Assembly (NCBI GenBank): GCA_963575745.1
Contig: CAUYUJ010000022.1
Location: forward strand, 1 to 64,000
Reading direction: 5' to 3'
Origin: Prorocentrum cordatum
Lineage: Eukaryota
DNA: 64,000 nt
Shown here: positions 33,660 to 46,600 of the stretch, piece by piece
How the letters are laid out: each line of letters starts with the position of its first letter
Numbering within the stretch: position 1 is the first letter of the stretch
Program-made: the position numbers and the translations under genes
Notes under the pieces: generated by a model
The model's input: only the letters and a program-made list of their open reading frames with translations
Told to the model about the DNA's origin: nothing
Databases searched by the model: none

Positions 33660-35696
33660 TCTGCGCACCCATAACACGTTCCGAGGCCCCATAGGGCGCT
33701 CTACCGAAGGCCCCAGTGGCAGCGCCAGCATGGCACCGCCGAACCCATGTCGGCACACAACTCACACGCTTCGTGCCCTAAGGCCCCAGTAGCAGCCCGC
33801 ATGGCGCCGCCACATCCGTTCCAGCACACCCCTCACACAGTGACCACACAGGGAGCTCCACCGAAGGCCGTAGTGGCAGCGCCCGCATGACACAGCCGCA
33901 CCCGTCCCAGCACACCCCTTACACGTTTCGTGGCTCCATGGGCAGCTGCACCCAAGGCCCAAGTGCCAGTGCCCGCATGGCATCGCCGCACGCGTTTCAG
34001 CACACCCCTCACACGTTTCGCGGCCCCATAGGGAGCTCTACCGAAGGCCCAAGTGCCAGCGCCCGCATGGCACCATCGCACCAGTTTTGGCATACCCGTC
34101 ACACGCTTCGTGGCCCCATAGGGGCTCCACCGAAGGCCCCAGTGGCAGCGCCCTCATGGCACCGCCGCGCCTATTCGGCATACCCCTCACACGCTTCGTG
34201 GACCCATGCGGAGCTCCACCGAAGGCCCCAACGGCAGCGCCCTCATGGCACCGCCGCGCCAATTTCGGCACACCTCTCACACGTTTCGTGGCCCCTAGGG
34301 GAGCTCGACCGATACTCACAACTGCATATGGTTGGGTCCTTCGCAATAGTTTCTTCAATACAGAGTCCTTAGAAATGCTGACCCACTCCCCGGGACAGGT
34401 TCTTCATCCTGACTCTTTTTTTGTACTTTTCAGGGGCTTGGTGAGGGCCTCTATGGGGCCGACAACGGCGAATAACCTCCGTCTTGCTCCCAACCATCCT
34501 GTCGTGTCGGGTCCTCGTTCTGAAGAGGCAGCGCTCCGCGTCACTTCTCCCTCCTTCCTCCTCCCCTCCCCCCTTCCTCCTCACATCCCTGCCTCCGCCC
34601 TTCGCATGTCAACCATGCCGGAGCACCACTCACACGTTTCGAGGCCCCATGGGGAGTTCCACCGAACGCCCCAGTGGCAGCGTCCACATGGCACCGCCGC
34701 ACCAATTCCGGCACACCCCTCATGTACCCTGTGGTCCCATAGGGAGCTCCAACTAAGGCTAATAAAGGCCAAAATGCCGGCGTTTGCACGGCGGCGCTGC
34801 CAATTTTCGGCAGACCCCTCATTCGTTTCGTGGCCCCATAAGGAGCTCCAACTAAGGCCCGAGTGCCAGCGTTCGCATAGCGGCGCCGCCCCTCACACGT
34901 TTCGTGGCTCCACAGCGAGCTCCAACTAAGGCCCAAAAGCCAGCGTTGACATGGCGGCGCCGCTTGATTGCGGCACGCCCATCACACGCTTCGTGGCCCC
35001 GCAGGGAGGGCCACAACTAAAGCCCAAACTGTCGGCGTTCGCAAGGCGGCGACGCCTCATGTCGAAATACCCTCTCACGCTTCGTGGCCCAACAGGGAGC
35101 CCCAACTCATGCCTAAATGCGAACGTTTCGCATGGTGGCGCCGCTTAATTTCTACAGATCCTCAAACGTTCCGTGGCCCCACATGGAGCTCCAACTAAGG
35201 CCCAAGCGCCAGCGTTCGCATGGCGGCGCCGCTTCATTCCGGGACACCCCTGACACGTCTCGTGGCCCCACGGGGGGGGCCAAATTAAGACCCCAATGCT
35301 AGTGTTCGCACGGCGGCACCGCCTCATTTCGATACAACCCTCACATGTTCCGTTGCCCCAGGAGAGCCCCAACTAAGGACCAAATGCGAACGTTTCGCAT
35401 TACGGCGCCGCCTCATTCCGGCGCCGCCTCATTCCGGCGCACCCCTGACACGTTTCGAAACCTCCTGGGGAGCTCTAGCTCAGGCCCAGATGCCAGCGCC
35501 CGCAGGGTGACGCCGACTGATTTCGGCACAGCCCTCACGCGCTTCCTGGCCCCACAAGGGAGCTCCAACTGAGGCCTAGATGCCGGCGCTCGCATGGTGG
35601 CGCCGCCTCATCTCGGCACATCCTTCACGCTCCGTGGCCCACTAGGGAGCTCCACACACTGCGCCGGCGCCAGCGCCCGCGTGACGGCACCGCCCA
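33660..35696 (+). repeat. Diverged tandem satellite, unit about 90 bp
   Basis: Recurring CACACGTTTCGTGGCCCCATAGGGAGCTCCACCGAAGGCCC at about 90-bp spacing (e.g. 33851, 33940, 34031, 34121). Confidence 0.85.
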
Positions 35697-35790
35697 AGTA
35701 GGAGGAGGAGGACACGCACATGGCTGATGGGGTGTTCGATGTCCGCCGTGAGAGAGCACGGCTGACTATGGAGGGCTTGGTGCCTCCTCT

Positions 35791-38700
35791 TCACTGACCT
35801 TGGCCTGCTCTTCGCGCACCAATCTGGCCCATGATCGGGGAAAACTTAGAACCCTTGAGATCACGCCCCTCTTGGACACGAGCGAGTTGAGTAGCCGCTC
35901 CTTGGTGGCTCACTCGACTGCCACAGTCTCCAGTGAGCCCTCGACCCAACCCTTCCGAGTAGGATCCACACTTATGGCAAATCAGAATACTCGTTGGATG
36001 ATCAAGGTGCTCATAATAAAATAAACCATGGCCTTTATTATCATGCACGAGGTTTGACAGCTGCTTGCAGTGGCCTGGGCATTCCTTGGCCGCCAGCACT
36101 GCTCTCTGTTTGGTTGACTTTGTCTGCACCCTAGACATAATGCGCCGATGATACTGCGCAATTAAAGCCCACGCATGAATCCTCCTAGGTACCCTGGGCA
36201 CACGAGGGGCCTCATGAGGCACAGGCGGAGGAGGGGGCGGGGGAGGCACGACCAACGACGGCGGCGTCCACGACGACAGGGCAGAGGCAGCACCCGTGGG
36301 GGGGGGAGAGGCTCTTCTCTGGGGCGGCCAAAGCTTTGTTTTTTTCTGGGTGCAATCGCGGGCCACTCTCCCAGAGCCTGAGCAACGTGCTTGAGATATT
36401 TCCCAACAAACTTCCTATCTTCGGCAAGCTTGCACTTCTCACCTTCGCTGGGCTGAACGCCCTTGTGTGCTGCGGCCATCGCTAAGCGATCCGCAGCGTC
36501 ATTGCCTTCTGCCATTCGACGGGCCTCGCTGCCTACGGGTAGGGCTTGTGTATCTTGATGGGCTTTGACTTTTTAGAGCCTCGACCCTAAATGAAAGAGC
36601 CCTCGGCCAGCCAAGACTTTAAACCCAGCCCGCAGATTGCGACGGGGGTACTCGGTGCCTTGATGCAGCACTAGTACTCCTTTGTAGTCATAATAAAGTA
36701 CTTCAACATTGCTGGACATAAGACTTGCCGCGGCTGCAGCCAAATGCCCCGCGGCTCCCGACGTTTGTAAAAACATCTGGCCGACTCGGCCACTGAAATG
36801 GGCAACAACTTCACCTTCTCTGAAACATACTACAGCGAAACCAGCAGCGTTGAGCACATAGTGCCCATGATTGGTGCAACTGCCATCTATAAACGCTTCC
36901 CCCCCGCTGAAAGCCTCTTGAGGGGTGGTGCCTTCTTGAGCGCACCAAAACTCCCCAAACTCCAATCCAGATCCAGGAGGAGGCGCTCCGCGGAACTCAG
37001 GGACCAGCTGGAACCCAAGACGTGAAAGGGGGGCCTGGGGAGGGGGCTCTCTTAAACGCTGAAGCTCCGCATCCGAGAAGTGAGTGGCTCTGAGAGCTTC
37101 AGTCTTCTGGCAGTGCAGTAATCTGTGGCAGAGGTTGTCCGAGTGATGGCCGCGCTCGCAGCCGACTGGAACTTCGTATCCTGCTGCTTTGGCTCTCTCC
37201 ATGGTCCAGATACTTTGGGTGGGGAAGGCGAGTGAGGGGCCTTTCTGATGTCTAGGAAGGTCTGGCGAGAGAGCCATCCGAGCAGCCGTGACGTCTAACT
37301 GAGCGTCCGCGTGGCCGAGCTTGACGGCCGCCTTGGAGGCGAGCTGGCCGCGCCAGTCGTGCTCCATGAGCTTTTGGGGGGAGGCGGGGGAATGTCCTGG
37401 GGGTGGGTACTCAAGACCTGAGGCAGTCACAAAGGTAAGCGGCCCTTGGAATTTCCAAGCAATGTGCTTCAACGACAACGCCGCCGCACTGAGGAGGGGC
37501 CTGGAAGAGCCCCGCGGTTTAGAAACTCTCGGGGTAATGTTTTCAGCCCAAGCTCGCAGCTGCTGGAGACTAGCCACGGCCAAGTGCGGACGGGCGTTCG
37601 CATCCCAAACTAAACGATGCCACATAATGGCGGGACCGAGGGCCGCTTTCCACAAGGGGTCCTGGAGGATGAGCAACGCCAGGCTGCGGCTGCGGGTCGA
37701 GCATCTCGGGCCCGCAGCAGCCAGAAACTGCGACCTAGCAGGTTCAAGTTGAGTGCCGTTGATGCCAGTGACCTCGACTCCAAAAGTGGTGGCCGCTTCC
37801 AGGCCAGTCTTATACAATTTGTGAATGGTGCCCCCAGCACGTTTGAGAATGCGGACCCTGTTGAGTCTGTTACGCATCTTGTCAAGACGCTCCGTAAGTT
37901 TTCGAAACTTCCTCCATCTTCTCTGGGGGCGGCCAGCCCCAGTTTCACCCCCCTGGTTGGGTCCCGAACGATCGGGGTTCGGGCCTGCCAGAGGCCCTAG
38001 CTTGGTCCTGAGCTGGTCCTGCAATGCCTGGTGAGACGCTAGCACCTGGGACTTATTGCTGTCAACCTGGCACTTAAACTAGTGGATGATGCAATCCGCC
38101 ATCGATCTAGCGGCTATGTCCGACGGGCTAACGATGAGGCTGAAACTGGTCAATGAACATAGCGAGTCTTATGTAGCTATGGGCATGTGTCCATATGTCC
38201 AAGGGGGCGAGCACATACATCTGCACAAGGTACGCGGCCCAACTGCAGCCAGCAGCAATGCCCCTCCAAGGTTTGCCGACGCTGACCGCGCAATCCTGCA
38301 ACGAAGCGATGCGTTCGCTGGCATACTGCGATAGAATGATGCGAAGTAAACAACAAGGACAACCTGACTCAACAGCACGATGTGCTAGACATGGTCGACC
38401 AACATGTTCGTAGTAATTAGATAGATCATAGAGGACTTGGGCGCTGCATGGTTGATCTATGGCTGAGCTGTTGGACTCGCATTCCAAGGATTGTTTGTAT
38501 TCCAATTCAACAATAGAGTGGCCAGCCTGGTGAGCTAGATAAAGGCCGACGGTGGTGGGCTTCCACTCCCTGGCTGCCGACCTCCTAAGGCGGGCCCAGA
38601 CACGATAGAGCGCTGGTAGCATACCAATGGACCTGAACGAGGGCTGACTGACTGGAGTATCATGTTGTTTCTGTTTAATCATAAGCGCTGAGACAATCCC

Positions 38701-40460
38701 CTGGAGCTGAGTCGACATGTGACCAACCTTCTCGATCAGAGCGATAAATTTGCGGACGATCTCCGCCTGCTTATTAGTCAACAACCTGAAGTGCCGCCGC
38801 GGATGAAAACCACCCCAGGTCGAACCTGTGGCGCGAGGAAAACCCCGGGCAACTTGCCGAAGTCTCTCGGGGGTAATCGGACCCAGGGCGACACGGTCAT
38901 CGGTATCAGGAACGAGTTGGGGTGGGGTCTCGGGGGGAACTTGCCATATCTTTGCTAGACGATCAGCTTCGACCTGCAATATATGCTGGGGCCCGCCTGT
39001 GCACTGAGACTGGTATTGCACCGATGTCGGGCGCCAGGCCCCCAGCCGTTTGGGCCATCTGTGAGCCCATCCCATTCCCCCTTTCATGTTAGACTGAACC
39101 CATTCCCTCAAAGCCCTCCCATGTGCGGCATTCTCCGCCGCCTGCTCCTGGTGCAGGAGCTTGGCGATCTGCTCTAGCAGCTCGTCTAGTACTTGCAGCG
39201 CCAACGTCTGGTCTAGAACGCCAGCCTGACAATCAATAAGTAGCAAACCTGCAGCTACTCGGGTATCCTGAAGCCCCTCCTTGAGGGACACCACGGTGGT
39301 GAACAACTCGGGGCAATCCTCCAAGCTGTCCAGGACTTCTTGGAACTCAAGCAAGTCCCAGTCCTGAATGCAGCGTCTGAATTCCTGAACACGGTTACAC
39401 AACCACCTTAACGGGCCCGCGTAGGCCACCCCCTTGGCTCTGCTACGAGCCGCTTTGGCCCCCGCGGGGACCTTGAGAACCTGAGGGGGGGGGGGTGAGC
39501 CCCTGGGGAACTTACTGGGTTTGATAGGGGCGTTGGTCCTCCTACTGATTGTAGCTTCCAAGTCCTGGGCCAGGGCGAAGTGCACGTGGTCCAGGATCGC
39601 AGTCGACTGCTGATCGGAGAGAGGCCGTTGAGCATCTTCGATCAATTGCAATGCATAATCCATGATCGCGGCAGTCTGGTGCCAACTCACTTCTGGTAAT
39701 TGCGGGCCCACTGGGATATGGGTGGGCAGCTTCTGGGGCCCATGCAGCGAGGGGGTATAAATGTTATCCTGGGCAACCATGTCCAACAGCACGGGCCTAT
39801 GCGGGGAGAGGGGGTAGGAGGCGAGGGCGCGGTGGTTCTGGAGCCAAGGCGCGAGGCCTTGGCTGGAGACAAATAGTCGAGAGTCGACTTGGTCTTCTTG
39901 GTTCTGTAGGTGGCTGTCGGGGGCGCGAGCACGGCCATGGTGGACCTGGGCAGAAACTCGGCCTGGGACGACCTGGTGGGGGCCAAATTGAAATCCCCCG
40001 CGACCAAAACTGGATGCGCTATGCCATCTTGAAGCTGGCCGATGGTGGCCAAGAGGTTTAAATTTGTCTCCGAGAGACCAGCAGCAGCTTGGACATACGT
40101 TGAACACAACGCAAAGTTTGGGATCCCTGGGAGCTCCAGGATCCCACCCCAGACAAACGAGCGGGATCGCTCCCCGAGGGGATCAGCAGAGGTTGGACCC
40201 CCAGGTCCAGACCATCCCGAATCAAAATCGCGACTCCCGAAATCAGCTCATTATTTGGGGTTCACAGCAGCAGGAGTTATGCAGGCCAGCCACCCTTGAG
40301 ACGCGCACCATTGTATCTGGCGTGCAATGTTATCGCCTTCGGCTAACTTACACTTCTGGGCACAAGCGATAGTGACTGCGCTGGCCTGCGGCGATTGCAA
40401 AACTTGCGAGCGGCAGGCCAGCACGATCCATTGATGGCGGCTAGCTTATAATTCTGGTTG
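35791..40460 (-). pseudogene. ORF2: APE endonuclease, reverse transcriptase, RNase H, terminal Cys motif; multiple frameshifts
   Basis: EN: AINGSCW, VLVAGDFN, ATY...STLDY, SPHRPV. RT: FRSIGML, YDLSNYYEHV, GIAAGC, MFIDQ (broken FIDD). RNase H: FIDGS, GFAVV, KVKAH, GNDAADRLA. Terminal LICHKCGSY. Confidence 0.85.
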
Positions 40461-41607
40461 CCCTGGCGGCGGGACCTCACTTGCGACCGCTGCGGCCGCT
40501 GCAGCCGCCCTGGCCTTCTTGGCTCGCCGTCGCTTTGGATCTTGGCCATGCCGTTGGCGACCGGCTCCAGTGCCGCAGCAGCCCGCACACGGCCCTGCGA
40601 CTCGTCCATCGGGGTCGCTTCGGCGGCGTCGGCGAGCGGGGCGTACTCCAGCTCCTTGTCGTCCTCTGGCGTCGGTGCATGCTGGCCTGGAATGGGCTGG
40701 GGCGCTTCTGGCTCATCAGCTCGTTCGCCAACTGCGGGGAAACCGTCAGGTTCCTGTGCTGGTTGGGACCCCTTGCCTTTGCCATCGCCCTTCGCCTGGG
40801 TATCCACATACTTGGTGTGCTGATACTGCTTGTTGTCGAACAGCTGCGCCAGCTCCGATACTTTAGCTCGTAGTTGTGGTGGGGCCTCCCATCCCTCGGG
40901 CATGCGAGCAGCCAGCTTGCCATGGAGAGTGGTGAACAAGTCCTCACCCTTGGGCGCCTCGTACGCTGCTGCCTGGGCTGCCAGGTGGAGCTGGGATTCC
41001 AGGGACTGCGCTTCTTTGGTGTTGATCTCAATATCCTCGACCAGCTTGTCGTGGTGTTCGCTGGCCCCGACGATGGTGTGCACCAACTCCGTCGCTTCTT
41101 TCTTCTGGGCCGTGAGCTTCTGGCGCGCGACCTGCAACTGATCTGACAACGACTGAGCCTGCTGCTCCAAGCTCTTGGCGGACAGGGCCTGCGCCTTGGC
41201 GAACTTGAGCTTGCCCAGCGTGACTTGTGCTCCCCTCCGTCTGGTTTCCACTTCTTCCAAAACGTGACCTGTGCTTGGGCCATGGCCACGGGATCTTCAC
41301 TGTGGGTGTCGTCCTCTGCGGCGGTGACCTTTCGACCACCCCCGCGGCCCAGACCAGGGGGTAGCTCGGGTCCGCGGGAGCTTTGTCTCCAGCGGCCTGG
41401 CTTGGACGGTGGCACTTGCTCGTCATGCCGATCCTCCTGAGCTCCTCCGCCTCCCCCTGCTGGTCGATCTGCGCCCGAAGCTGTATCCGTGCGCTGCTTG
41501 AATCGATTGCCACACTGGATGCAATGGCGAGCATTAGCAGAATACCGCGTCCACCCTTTACAGCCACGCTTTGAGCAGATGACATACCTCCTCTGGGCCG
41601 CCGCCAT
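40447..41607 (-). pseudogene. ORF1: N-terminal C4 zinc finger plus coiled coil, frameshifted
   Basis: ATG 41607; ICSKRGCKGW...HCIQCGNRF; coiled coil LEQQAQSLSDQLQVARQKLTAQKKE in the 40343..41260 frame. Confidence 0.7.
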
Positions 41608-42759
41608 CTCCTGTCTCCTCTGCGCTGCAGCACACACAGGCTATGGGCCCAGCAGGTGGCAATAGTGCGGGACGTGATTGTGCCTCTTGCCTGGGGCTGA
41701 CCAGGCTGGCACTGGGCAAAGCGAAGGTTTGAGCCCGAACACCCAGGGCCTTTCCTGGATGGCAGTGCTGAGTCCTGCACCTCCCGCGGTGTGCTCAGGA
41801 CTTGGGCCAGTAGGAGGAGGAGGAGGAGGAGGAGGAGGAGGAGGAGGAGGAGGAGGAGGAGGAGGAGGAGGAGGAGGAGGAGGAGGCACACCCCTCATAC
41901 GTTTTCGGTCCCATCGGGAGCTTCCCGTCCTTCGTCCCCCCTGCCTTGCGGTACTCACGCCTGCATATGGTTGGGTCCCTCGCCAGGGCATTATACGTTG
42001 GATCTCTGGGGTCCCCGTGTCAAGCGGATAATCAGCAGATGATCGGATAGATCATCAGCCTGTGAGATCGGGCTACGTTCATGCAACTCTTACTACGACC
42101 GCAGCCCCTCGAATCGAGGATGTGCACCCCGCGATGGGGCACCGGGCATCGGGCCCGCCAAGATAATGGGAGAGAGGCATACGCTGAGCCCTCAGCGCTC
42201 CTGGCGCGGTTTGGGTTTGATCCAAAATCCTCTCATCGGAAGGCCCAGCAACCATTTCCACACCATTCAAAATGGCCCGAGGTTATTTCTAGGCCTATCT
42301 ACAGGGTGGGGAGGGGAAGTGCGAGGGTGGTCAGAACTCAGGCCCCCATTGGGCAGTGGAAAAATCACAACGGGAAGTTTTTGGTCATTGTCGGGTTCTG
42401 GGGGCCCTTTTCGACCGACAAACAGCTACTCAGGATGAGAAGCCAGTCCCTTGGAATGGGTTGAGACCTCAGGGGGGGGGCAGCGACCCAGAGATAGATC
42501 CATCGTGTTGAAATTAGCTTGGCGAAGGGCCCACGCACATGCAGCTGCGAGTACCGCAGCTACACAATTGGAAACTGCAGGAGGGGGGTCGCCAAAGGCC
42601 GCGGGCGTGAGTGGGAAGGGCGGAGCGGAGCGACGTTGCTGGTGGGGTCTTCAGCCGCAGCGGGTTACATTTGGATGTAACCCGTCAAGGCTGATCTGAG
42701 CGTCTGTCGGCAAGGCCCTAGGGAGCAGCATGGCGCCGTCTGGGGAGCAGCAGGCGGCG

Positions 42760-43640
42760 GTGCCTTTGGTGGAGCTCCCATAGGGGCACGAAACGTGTGA
42801 GGGGTGTGCCGACTGGGCGCGGTCACGCATGTGATTCCTGCCGATGGGGCCTTAGGTGGAGCTCCCTTAGGACCGCGAAACGTGCGAGGGGTGTGCCGAA
42901 ATTGGCGCGGTCACCCATGCGATTCCTGCATCTTGGGCCATCTGCAAAGCTCCACATGGGGTACGACACGCGCAAGGGGTGTGTCGACATGATATGGGCA
43001 CGGTCACGCACGCGACTCCTGCCAAGGTGGTCTTATGTGCAGCTCCCTATGGGACCACGTGTGAGAGATGTACCGACATGGGCGTGATCACGCGTGCGCT
43101 TTCTGACACTGAGGTCTTAGGTGGAGCTCCCTATGGGGTCACGAACTGTGTGAGGGATGTGCCGAAATGGTTTAGAGAAGGCATACGAACGCATCCTCTG
43201 GGGCCTAAGGCAGAGCTTCCTATGGGGCCACTTTGCTTGTAAGGAGGGCATCACAAAGTGTGGTGGCGGCGGCATGTGGGCGCAACCACTGATGCTTTAG
43301 GTGGAGATCCCTATGGGGCCACGAAGCGTGTGAAGGGTGCCCCAAAGTGGGGTGCCGGCGGGCATGCGGGCGCCAACACTTTGACCTTCGGCGGAGCTCT
43401 CTATGAGGCGACGAAACGTGTGAAGGGTGCGCCAAAGTGAGGTGGCGGCGGCATGCGGGCGCAACCATTGGTGTCGTCGGTGGAGCTCTTTATGGGGCAA
43501 CGAAGCGTGTGATGGGTTGGCCACAGTGTGGTGGCGGCGGCATGCTGGCGTAGCCACTAGGGCCGTCGGTGGGGATCCCCCTACGGGGCCACGAAGCGTG
43601 TGATGGGCGTGCCACAGTGTGGTGCCGCCGCACGGCACAG
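42760..43640 (-). repeat. Same 90-bp satellite in inverted orientation
   Basis: Recurring GGTGGAGCTCCCTATGGGGCCACGAAGCGTGTGA, the reverse complement of the unit. Confidence 0.85.
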
Positions 43641-44938
43641 ACCCTGTCCCTAGAAAACATGTGAAACTCGTCGAGAACAGAGGCCGTTCGCAGTGATGAC
43701 GAAAGCACGAAACGAGCGGCCGAAGCTTGACCCGACCCTAATGCTCCACGTCCATGATTTCAAATGTTTGGCCGCAAGACGAAGGCTGGGAAACGGAAAC
43801 ACGGTAGATGCTGCAACTTTCTACCATGCTTGACAGACTCGCTCTGGAAACGGCGCACATCATGATCTCATCATCGCCATCACCAACGCGACGCCACATT
43901 GATGCCTCAACCAATCGATCCACAATCTGGACACACACCCGCGGACACAGAAGCAACGTATTGCCACGAAACACTTCAATCGGCCAGCAGCAAGAAGATC
44001 GAACATGGGTGCCAGGTGCATCACGCATGACCTGCAAGGACGCGCATGCGAAGCAATCAGAACATGAAAGTTGCGTGACATATCGTACCACCTTTGACCA
44101 ACTTCTAGTGGGAGCACCCCATGACAACTTACTCTGCAAATGCAGCGAGTGGATGATCATATCTGCCCGAAGTCGGGCATGAATCGCTCGCGTGTTCCAA
44201 CCACGTTGACAAGGCGGCCACCAACACTGTTGGCGGCGGCTCAACACATCAAACGTATGCCAGCCCACTTCGCGTAGGTAGACAAGTTGTAAGTTCATGC
44301 GCGGGCACTGCGGACAACCAGTGCCGGTGCTGGTCTAGATTTACGTGCCCAGGCTATTGCAGTTGTCGAGCAATTGTGGTCTGTCAGCCGACGTGAAAGT
44401 TATACGTGCAACTGTGGTTACATCACCGATTCCCTTCCGCAGTGATGCGACCGTTTCGCGCGCCACGCTGCAAAGTATTGACCGCGCACTTGCCAATGTA
44501 CATAACGGGCGTTTGAGCTGCGCCGTCGCCAACCATACAGCGGTGCTGGTGCACGCATTCACTACAGTTGCGAATGCTATCCCGAAATCGCCTACGGCCA
44601 GACCGCGGCGTGCAACCTCCAACAGCCTCACCATAATCACCGGGTGTGTCTCGCCCGTAACGCCGTCCCCCTTATTTGGGAATGCAGTTCCCGTACAGAG
44701 TCGACGATATCCTCAGACGTTGGGTCCAGCTCTGGCATTCGGCGTGCTGGCCAGGTAACACGAATACATCGGGGCGACATTGATAGATTGCAGGCTTGCG
44801 CTCCGTGCCAGCTGATGTTTCACATGTTGATTATTCTTTGGAAGCGAACCAGAGCAATCGGGGGCGGGTTCGCCGTCGAAGATGGCGCTATTTGTATGAC
44901 CGCTTGGCGGCATTCCGCAGAATTCTGCACGATTCATT

Positions 44939-45092
44939 TAGGGGGCCACATGCGAACCCTACCCCTACCACCCACGATTTCTGAGGGGGAGGGTGGGGTT
45001 CACTTTGTTCGGGAGCACCCGAGCGAAGTGAACCCCACCCTCCCCCTCAACAATCGTGGGGGGTAAGGGTAGGGTTCGCATGTGGACCCCTA
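44939..45092. mobile_element. Fold-back palindromic element G (154 bp)
   Basis: Arms of about 70 bp are complementary; TCATT TSD (44934-44938 / 45093-45097); half copy at about 50930-51000. Confidence 0.8.
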
Positions 45093-45268
45093 TCATTCTC
45101 TCACCCCCTTGCTCCCTCCCTTCTCCTTGGGCCCCTCATCTCTGGGCCTCCGCACTTCCTGAGCACAGTCGTGTCGGCGGCCGCCCCTGATCACGCCAGC
45201 TGCTGTCCATCGATGGTTGCCGGCCGGCTCCCAGAGGCGAGCTTGTAGGTGGCGTGCCTGCGATGAAA

Positions 45269-45480
45269 TCTGGACGCTCGAAATGGGTACGGAAAGAATG
45301 GGTACAATGCCCAACAGCAGTTCTTGCTCATTTTGAGCAGGACTCGCTGTCCGCGCAGCCGCGGCCTGTGTCCATTTGAGACAGAAGGCCGCCTGCCCAA
45401 CAGCGGCCGCTGTCGGTTTGGGACAACATTTGTTGTTGGGCATTGTACCAATTTTTTCCGTCCCCATTTCGGCTGCCCAA
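45269..45480. mobile_element. Family D copy
   Basis: Near-identical core to 16113-16321; ATGAAA TSD (45263-45268 / 45481-45486). Confidence 0.8.
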
Positions 45481-46537
45481 ATGAAAGACGTCCTCCCTCC
45501 CTCTTCCTCCTCAGTCCCTCGCCTCGGACGCGATGGTTCGATGACACTTGTTCTACGGTGCGAAGTAGCCATACAGCTAGGGACTGGGAAACGCTCGCCT
45601 GCGATGACGGACTGTAGAAGAGTCCGGACCCGATCTACATACGTTCACAGGCCCAGCTCAGGCGCCCCGGCGCACCCGCTGTTCCCTACACGGGACGCCC
45701 TCTCCGAGCAGGGGATCGACTACATAATTGATGTGCCCTAGCATCAATGAGTTCTTTGAGTCTACGGAGCAATGTTGCTAAATGTTTGTGGATCTACGCA
45801 CATTAGATGCACTTTTGTAGACTCGGCGAGAAAACCCACTGTTGGGGCAGATCAAGTCTGGAGTCGATCCCCTATGCGCCGCTTCGCTCCCTCTCCTCCC
45901 CCCTGTCTCCCTCGGCCGCCCTTCCCCCTGCGTCCTCGTCTCGCAGGCGATGTTTCTCCCCCAACCCCCCGACGTTCCGTCGAAAAAGGAAGCCGCCCAG
46001 AAGAGGCTGCTGCAAGAGGAGAGGGGAAGAAGAGGAGGGTGAAGCCACAGCGCCGCGAGCAGACGCGGACGGGGAGGAGGAGGAGGGGAGAGCACGAGCT
46101 GCCGCGGACGCCGTTCTTCATCGCCGGTCGGGGGACGGCCGTCGTCGGAAGCCGCCGGAGGGCGGCGGCGGGGGCGGTCGCCGTCGTCGCGCGGCGGAGG
46201 GGCGGGGCAACCTTGGGATGCACCCCGGGGGGCTATTCGGACGCACCCCCTATCGAGGATGGACCCCCCCCCGCCGTATATCCCAGGGCTGGGCTCCAAA
46301 TGTTTGGGACCGTCGTGAACATCCTAAAACGACTGGGATGAGTGTCGACATACCCCTTGTTTTCATCCCTCCCCCTCCGGATTCAATGACAGCTTCGACG
46401 ACGACGACGACGGAGACGACGACGACGACGACCACGATGACGACGACGACGAAGACGACGACGACGACGACAACGAGGACGAGGACGAGGACGACGACGA
46501 CGACGACGACGACAACGACGACGACGAGGACGACGAG

Positions 46538-46600
<63 letters not shown>

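Larger units (their letters stand above)
35713..41808 (-). mobile_element. Decayed non-LTR retrotransposon (ORF1 + APE-RT-RNase H), apparently full length
   Basis: 16-bp direct repeat AGTAGGAGGAGGAGGA at 35697-35712 and 41809-41824; interrupts a 90-bp satellite unit that resumes at about 41885. Confidence 0.85.

Noticed and set aside
33660..35696. CRISPR-like periodicity
   Set aside because: The whole 90-bp unit is homologous between copies with no unique spacers, there are no cas genes, and the context is eukaryotic.
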